DNA of 64,000 nucleotides, from NCBI GenBank assembly GCA_048128005.1, contig JBEUKZ010000006.1, forward strand, positions 434,001-498,000, written 5' to 3'. The notes under the pieces were generated by a model. It saw nothing but the letters and a program-made list of their open reading frames with translations. It searched no databases and was not told where the DNA came from. Origin of the DNA: Veleropilina oligotropha. Its lineage: Eukaryota. Of the stretch, positions 57,834 to 64,000 are shown in pieces. The number at the start of each line of letters is the position of its first letter. Position 1 is the stretch's first letter. The translations under genes and the position numbers were made by a program.

Positions 57834-58665
57834 GAATAACCTTGGATAGGTGGGTAAGACGTTCCTTACAACAAACCCAAACAAGATAATGACTTACTTG
57901 TCACCAATTCAATCAGCATGAAGCGTCGATTGTGTCCGCCTAGAGTGGAATTTTACTGAGTATTATATTCTACTCTTACCAAGCGAGAATTTCGACCAGT
58001 GTTACCGGGAGAATACGCCGTGGTATTAGTCGGACGAGGTGAACGGAAGTGCAATCAGCCCCAGGCACGGCCGGAAGGATAAATCCCTGTAGGTCTTACG
58101 TGTCATGGACCAGTGGCAGCCAAATGGGACTCCGGGCCTATAGGCCGGTAGCCAGAGGATGCAGTCGGATTTGTAAGCACACGGAACCTAACAGGTTGTG
58201 AAAGCTTTAAATCAAAAGCAAAGAATTAATAGATTATTATAAATAATCGATATTAATAAGTAATTCGCATGACCAACTTGCGAACGCTAACATGGACGAC
58301 ATGTCACTTAAAATAAATTTTAAGGAAGCAAAAATGTTCGACATGTTACTTAAAAATAAATGTTAAGGGATCAACATTTTGAATGTATTGAACATTGTAT
58401 GTTCGATTACAGCAAAGAACATAATAATATTGAACCTCAATCTTTTTTAAGATTTGTGCAAAATTATAAAAGTTGTTTTATTAAATTCAATGTAATCTGG
58501 CTGTCAACACTCAGGTCTGACATGAAAGTACAAAATCTTAAATTAGATTTAAGAAATGAACAGACATTGAACTGCCTCATAGGTGTTAATTTTCGTAGCA
58601 CCGTTTGGCCAACAAAAATAAAATGGCGTCAGTAAATATGCAAATGATCAATCAGAGAACAATAC

Positions 58666-61623
58666 TTACTGATTAGAAGACCTCGGTCTAACAATAACCC
58701 TTTGTGCAGCAACACACTGTAAGCTGCTCAGGCCGTCAGCACTTGTTGAGTAGTCCCGCAGATAATGTTTGACAAACACATTAGCGTTTTTCCAATATCC
58801 AGCCTGAAGTAACGCATTGATATTTAAATTATGTCGGAATGCTACAGACGCGGCAATTGCCCGGACTTCATGTGCGCGGACCGATAAAATAGTTCGGTCG
58901 TCGTCATCACAACGGATGTAAACATCTCTCACAGTTTGTGAAATCCACCGCGAAACAGTAGTCCTCGTAATGTCGCGGTTGTAGGTAGGCAAATACGAAA
59001 TGAATAAACGTAATTTCCCTGTCCGCATTTCACGGGTTCTGTCGAGGTAGAAGCGAAGCGCCCGTACCGGGCAATTGAGGCGGTCTGCATCGTGCCGTCC
59101 GACTAGCGTTAGCTTGGGAATAACAACATCGGGTGCGTCCTCGTTCGGCCGTTGGTTCTTGGCTAGAAAGCCAAGAATAGGACGCAGTATCACCGACCCG
59201 TCTGACTGGAATCGTATATCTCTTAGCTCGGAGGAGAAAGCATGAATCTCGGAACAACGCCTGCCCGACGCTAAGGCGATCAGAAAAACCGTTTTGTGCG
59301 TCAAGTTCCTCATGGTTATCTCGGACATCGGCTCATACGGGGGTAAGAGTAATGCGTTAAGAATAAGTACGATATTCCAAGCAGGTGGCTTAATTTTTCG
59401 GGTCGGTATCTCGAGTTCGTAAGATCGTATAAAATCTGATATCGTTCGGTCGCTTGATAGGCCAGCATGGGCACGACACTGCTTTAGCGTGGTCGCGATC
59501 GTTGCCCGATAGCCTTTGACGGCGGACACTGACATACCGCGGTCGAAGAGCGACGATAAAAACTCGATAAACTTGTTCACAGGGGGACGGAGTATATTGA
59601 CCTGCCTGCTGTGACACCAATCCACGTACTTAACCCATCGGTAGTCATAGACTTTTGTCGTGGAAATCCTTCTCGATCGATAGATACGTAAGGCTGTAGC
59701 TTTAGAAAATCCTTTCTTAGCAAGGGATCGTTCGATAACCGCCAGGCGTGTAAACGTAAGTGGTTCGGCGACTCGTGGAGTACACGGGTGCGTGGTTGCA
59801 TTAACAGGTCTAGTTTCTGCGGTAACGCTAACGGTCGATCGACGATCAGATCGAGGAGGGTCGGAAACCAAGGTTGCGTGCGATACAGGGGCGCTATTAG
59901 CGTTATCTCGCAACGTTCGGTCGCTGCCTTCTGTAATACCAGTGATAGAATGCACGTCGGGGGGAAGGCATACGCGGACAGATTCTCCCATGTCATTGAC
60001 ATTGCGTCGACCGCTAGGGCGGCCGGGTCTGGGTACGGGGAGACATACAGAGGTAGTCGGTAATTGAATTCTGTTGCAAACAAATCGACTTGGGGTTGCG
60101 ACCACCGGCGGCAAACATCCCGAGCTACTCGGCTGTGTAGCGTCCACTCTGTGTGTATTATCTGTGATTTCCGAGAGAGCGAATCCGCTCTGACATTCAG
60201 CTTTCCCGGGATGTGTCGGGCTCGAATCGTCGAGTTGAGGGACATCACTAAGCGGTGTAGGTCTATTGCTCGGTCGCATAGGGGATGCGAGCGAGTACCG
60301 CCCTGGTGCTGTATGTAAGCGACGACAGTCGTGTTGTCCGTGGCGAGCATTATGTGCTTGTTGCGGAGATGTAACGAGAGGGACCGTACTGACAGGAAGA
60401 CGGCTTCTAACTCTAGGAAGTTGATATGTCGTCCCTGAAGGTCTGTCGGCCATAGGCCTGATGTCTCGTAACTGTCGAGGTGACCACCCCAGCCGTCGTT
60501 CGAAGCGTCTGTGAACAGGTAAGCGTTCGGCTCTGGTGGGGATATAGGAACCGACTGGTCCGGCAAAGCGGGGTTCAACCACACTGCTGTCGTGTCGGTA
60601 AACCAATGCCGTAGATCGATGCGATCCGTCCACTGCCCCGTCCGTTGTATCCAGCGATCCCTGAACGCCTGTTGTAACGGTCTTTTGTCCATGCGACCCG
60701 TCGGTAGCAGGGGCGCTACCGACTCGATGTGCCCCAGGACAGTGGCCAGTTGTCGCGCCGTAGTTATGTCCGATGACAGGGTGTCTTGGATAACCGCGCG
60801 TAGGTTCCGCATACGCTTCTGGGTCGGCTTCGCGGTGTACCGGACCGTATCGAAGTCGACTCCGAGGAACGTAAACGTCGTCGAGGGCACGAAGCAGGAT
60901 TTTGTCTCGTTGATCTGAAATCCCAGGCGCTTCGTCGATGACAGGGTAAAGCTCGTAGACCGGAGGCACAGATCCCGGGACGCCCCGAGGATCAGCCAGT
61001 CGTCGAGGTACATATGTACCCTGTGCCCTAGAGAGTGTAGGAAGGCCCCTAGGGCCTGTACTGTTCTCGTGAAGACGTACGGGGCTGACGATAGACCGAA
61101 CGGTAGGCACCTGAATTGGTAGATCGTCTCCCCGTGTATAAACCGAAGGTACTGATGAGCCGTGACATGCATCGGGACATGCAGATACGCGTCGGCGAGA
61201 TCGATAGACGCTGCCCAGTCGCCCGGACGGATGGCCGCTCGAATCTTCGAGAGGGTTTCTTGCTGGAATTTCTCGGTACGAAGATATCTGTTTAGGTACG
61301 AGAGATCGAGGATCGGTCTCCAGCGGCCATCGGGTTTCGGGACCAGGAAGAAATGGCTGTAAAATCCTGGTGTGCTGGGCGGCGCGGGATATATAGCTCT
61401 TTTTAGGAGCAAATCCCGCACTGCCTGGTCTAAGACCGCTTGTTTCTCTCCGTTTAGGAGTCGAGCGTGTCTTGTTGGTGGTGCCTCGGTTAAGGTCGGA
61501 TGCCGGTTGAATGCCAACTTGTATCCGGCACTCACGACTAAGTGGACCCAGTTGCTGTCTGTCAGCTCTAGCCAGGGCTGGCTGTGTGCTAACAGGCACG
61601 CTCCCACCGGCGGGAGCGGGCAA
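58666..61623 (-). CDS. DIRS tyrosine recombinase ORF, copy 2
   Basis: Same R..HxxR..W..Y motifs; 985 open codons. Confidence 0.88.
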   Translation of the reverse strand: MPAPAGGSVPVSTQPALARADRQQLGPLSRECRIQVGIQPASDLNRGTTNKTRSTPKRRETSGLRPGSAGFAPKKSYISRAAQHTRILQPFLPGPETRWPLETDPRSLVPKQISSYREIPARNPLEDSSGHPSGRLGSVYRSRRRVSACPDACHGSSVPSVYTRGDDLPIQVPTVRSIVSPVRLHENSTGPRGLPTLSRAQGTYVPRRLADPRGVPGSVPPVYELYPVIDEAPGISDQRDKILLRALDDVYVPRSRLRYGPVHREADPEAYAEPTRGYPRHPVIGHNYGATTGHCPGAHRVGSAPATDGSHGQKTVTTGVQGSLDTTDGAVDGSHRSTALVYRHDSSVVEPRFAGPVGSYIPTRAERLPVHRRFERRLGWSPRQLRDIRPMADRPSGTTYQLPRVRSRLPVSTVPLVTSPQQAHNARHGQHDCRRLHTAPGRYSLASPMRPSNRPTPLSDVPQLDDSSPTHPGKAECQSGFALSEITDNTHRVDATQPSSSGCLPPVVATPSRFVCNRIQLPTTSVCLPVPRPGRPSGRRNVNDMGESVRVCLPPDVHSITGITEGSDRTLRDNANSAPVSHATLVSDPPRSDRRSTVSVTAETRPVNATTHPCTPRVAEPLTFTRLAVIERSLAKKGFSKATALRIYRSRRISTTKVYDYRWVKYVDWCHSRQVNILRPPVNKFIEFLSSLFDRGMSVSAVKGYRATIATTLKQCRAHAGLSSDRTISDFIRSYELEIPTRKIKPPAWNIVLILNALLLPPYEPMSEITMRNLTHKTVFLIALASGRRCSEIHAFSSELRDIRFQSDGSVILRPILGFLAKNQRPNEDAPDVVIPKLTLVGRHDADRLNCPVRALRFYLDRTREMRTGKLRLFISYLPTYNRDITRTTVSRWISQTVRDVYIRCDDDDRTILSVRAHEVRAIAASVAFRHNLNINALLQAGYWKNANVFVKHYLRDYSTSADGLSSLQCVAAQRVIVRPRSSNQ

Positions 61624-61859
61624 CTGGGGCCGTCGCGAATGCCGGCAGCCCTAGGGCCGAGGCTTCCCTCTCCCGCTCTGCTTGCGGGATTTCGCTGGAG
61701 GTGCTTGCCTCTTTGGAGTGGGTTTATTGGCCGGAGGCCTACCACCCGAAGAGGGCTTCGCACGCTTAGAAGGCTTCGGGGCCGGGGTGGGCCCGGAGCG
61801 CTTCTTCGAGTTGGCAGGTGGACCCCGGGTGGGGAGCAGTACTGCCTTCTCGATGGCAC
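59577..61859 (-). CDS. DIRS pol (RT/RNase H/MT), copy 2
   Basis: Same motifs as copy 1; the frame extends upstream into gag. Confidence 0.9.
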   Translation of the reverse strand: MPSRRQYCSPPGVHLPTRRSAPGPPRPRSLLSVRSPLRVVGLRPINPLQRGKHLQRNPASRAGEGSLGPRAAGIRDGPSCPLPPVGACLLAHSQPWLELTDSNWVHLVVSAGYKLAFNRHPTLTEAPPTRHARLLNGEKQAVLDQAVRDLLLKRAIYPAPPSTPGFYSHFFLVPKPDGRWRPILDLSYLNRYLRTEKFQQETLSKIRAAIRPGDWAASIDLADAYLHVPMHVTAHQYLRFIHGETIYQFRCLPFGLSSAPYVFTRTVQALGAFLHSLGHRVHMYLDDWLILGASRDLCLRSTSFTLSSTKRLGFQINETKSCFVPSTTFTFLGVDFDTVRYTAKPTQKRMRNLRAVIQDTLSSDITTARQLATVLGHIESVAPLLPTGRMDKRPLQQAFRDRWIQRTGQWTDRIDLRHWFTDTTAVWLNPALPDQSVPISPPEPNAYLFTDASNDGWGGHLDSYETSGLWPTDLQGRHINFLELEAVFLSVRSLSLHLRNKHIMLATDNTTVVAYIQHQGGTRSHPLCDRAIDLHRLVMSLNSTIRARHIPGKLNVRADSLSRKSQIIHTEWTLHSRVARDVCRRWSQPQVDLFATEFNYRLPLYVSPYPDPAALAVDAMSMTWENLSAYAFPPTCILSLVLQKAATERCEITLIAPLYRTQPWFPTLLDLIVDRPLALPQKLDLLMQPRTRVLHESPNHLRLHAWRLSNDPLLRKDFLKLQPYVSIDREGFPRQKSMTTDGLSTWIGVTAGRSIYSVPL

Positions 61860-63901
61860 GGTCCTTCATGTCCGCCGCTCTCTTGTCAACAAACTCCGAA
61901 AAGTTGTCACCAAAGAGAGTGGTGGCCGAGCAAGGTACGCATCGCAACGAGCGCCGGGTGGGCTCGTCCAGCGGGGTACCTTCCAGGCAAGCATCCCTAC
62001 GAAGTAGGAGGGCATTGCCCAGGACACGTCCCGTCTCCAACGCGCTGGTCTCCTGCGCGGCAGCAACCTCCTGGAGGAAGGACAGGGCAGCCTCGGGGGC
62101 GCCGGGTCCATTCTCCTGTAGTACGGCTATCGCGCCGTCCAAGAAAAAGTCCTGAACAGACGATAGCCGTAGAGCCCGTCGGGCGGCGCTCTCGAAAGCT
62201 TCCAAGGCGGACCAAGGAACTTTCGCTACGGAGGGAGTGTGACTGGCGGTCAGTCGACGCAACGAAGCGTCAACACGAGCCGGCTCAGTCGCCAGGCACG
62301 GACCAGTGCATTCGAACGGGATCGCTCGAGTACTGGCCCGGAGGTACCTCCCACTACGGAACCCCGAAGGGAACTCGTTCAGCGGGGAGGACTCCACCGG
62401 ATTGCGCCCCTGAACGAGCTTGGTGATCGAGTCTACAACCAGATCTACCAGCCCGGACTGAGGTAAGGAGGGGAGCTCGGGGGCTTCCCTACTAACAAAC
62501 CGATGTGCTGCCGTCCTATGCTTGGCTACGTCTACAGCCGACCGAGTCGGTTCCGACAAGCCAAGCACCCCGCGAAGTGACGCAACGGCGTCGAGCCTTC
62601 GGCGGGTGGAGGAGGTCGGCTCCTGCGTGCCTGTAAGACTAATGTCTTCGGGCCCGACCGATTCAGGGAGGTCGGTGTGATTGGAACCGAGGTCCTCGTC
62701 GGAACGAGGGTCGATGTCCATCACTGAGGCAGGAGCCGTGCTCTGCGCCATGGGCAGATGTGTAGGTACCTGGTGCGGCTCGGGAGCCGTCGGCCAGGCC
62801 TTACACCGTTCCTCGATCCCCGCCGCGATCCATGCCTGGACGTTCTCAAAAGAGAAACCCGAAGGCAGGACGGGCGACGAACTAACAGCCGGTAGTTCTG
62901 TCGAGGTAACCGTGGCGCTAGGTAGACGGGCTGCAATGACAGGTCGAACCGAGGACCAGGGTCCACGGGCACTTGTCGAGGGGTCGAACCCGAAGGACTG
63001 GCCCGAAGGCGCAGTCAGTGGGTCGGACGACCGATAGGACTGCGGCAACAGTTCTGATCGGTCTACCACTCTGCTCGAGCGAGGCACGGACGGAAAACCG
63101 CCGTAGAACCCCGTCCCGAACGCAGCCGGTCTGTCCACGTTCTCTAGCGTGACCACGGTGGGTGCACGGGAGAGACCGGGCCCTCTGAATGTCTCGTGAG
63201 CTTCGAGGTTGAGCGGAAAACCCCTAGGGGTAGTCGCATCGTTCTCGACCGAGGATTCAGGTTTCGCCGATTGTCCGAGTCTTAGACCTACAAGTAGGTG
63301 CCCGGCCTCTTTAAAGGCTTTCTCTGCATTGGGTCTGTCCCCGTCGCTAGACGGAGAGTTTCCCGCAGAAGGACTAACTGTCCCCTTATTCTTCGAGGCC
63401 GAAGAAAAGGATGGGGATGGTCTGCCCTGTTCAGCTGTTCGCTGCGCTGTCATGTATACCTTGCTAGCCGGCAAGGTATGGCTGACTGCAGTTACTAGGC
63501 CCAGTTGAGGAGGAACGGTCGACACTCGGGTCTTTACCTGAATCTGGGGTACCGGCAAGGTTTCGGTGACTCCCCGAAGAGTTGCGGAGGTTTCGCCGGT
63601 GGAACCGGCGACAGACGTCCCCTTGTGTCGGCTGTCGTCCAGCGTCCCTGAAGCAGACAATGAAGAAACATTATGTAACTTACCGGTCTCTTCATGACCC
63701 TTCTCCGGGGGAGGACCCACCGTGGCAGCCGCCCTGGTCGACTTACCCTGGTGAGACAGGACTGCCCACTGCTTATCTGATAGAAGAAAGCACAGATCAC
63801 ATTGATGTTGTATACTACATGCTACGGTGAATACGACATTCCTTGTGCCTATCAAATCCGTGAATTTTCTGGGTACACCCGGAGCTACTGCACCGGACCA
63901 T
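61651..63901 (-). pseudogene. DIRS gag-like ORF1, copy 2, with a 1-nt insertion near 63820
   Basis: ATG at 63901 as in copy 1; TACTACATGCTAC versus TACTACAGCTAC in copy 1 shifts the frame inside the Cys/His cluster. Confidence 0.75.
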
Positions 63902-64000
63902 AGCTAAATACACGGGAGGGTGGACATGGGTAGACGGGGTAGGTAAATAGGTATATATATGGTAGTTGTGACTTCTTTCCTATGGAGGGAGTACTACGAC

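Larger units (their letters stand above)
57432..64000 (-). mobile_element. DIRS1-type retrotransposon, copy 2 (complete 3' end; 5' end beyond the window)
   Basis: Right ITR with terminal extension at 57432-57681, ICR at 57743-57833, and three ORFs nearly identical to copy 1. Confidence 0.93.

Noticed and set aside
47389..64000. The two DIRS copies as an assembly duplication
   Set aside because: They differ by many substitutions and indels and have different flanks.

Overview
AT-rich, intron-containing animal genomic DNA; the repeat content suggests an invertebrate, possibly a mollusc (inference only). Host genes: (1) the first coding exon of ZFYVE26/spastizin (minus strand), head-to-head with (2) a complete 8-exon NEK2 kinase gene (+, 3698-27428, 456 aa by my splice model). 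Converging on NEK2 from the right is (3) a minus-strand unit with a 61-aa predicted membrane microprotein exon (34939-35124). That exon appears to splice onto (4) a single-exon NDUFB1 CDS (29932-30105, 57 aa, too short for the supplied ORF track). This candidate bicistronic, leaky-scanning mRNA is the most interesting item in the window. The rest is mobile DNA: a full-length but mutated BEL/Pao LTR retrotransposon nested in a Helentron-like non-autonomous element in NEK2 intron 6; a decayed Tc1 (DD34E); two near-identical DIRS1-type tyrosine-recombinase retrotransposons with ITR/ICR ends; a PIF/Harbinger element between them; and many MITEs, SINEs and minisatellites. All calls come from manual reading, and no database searches were run.
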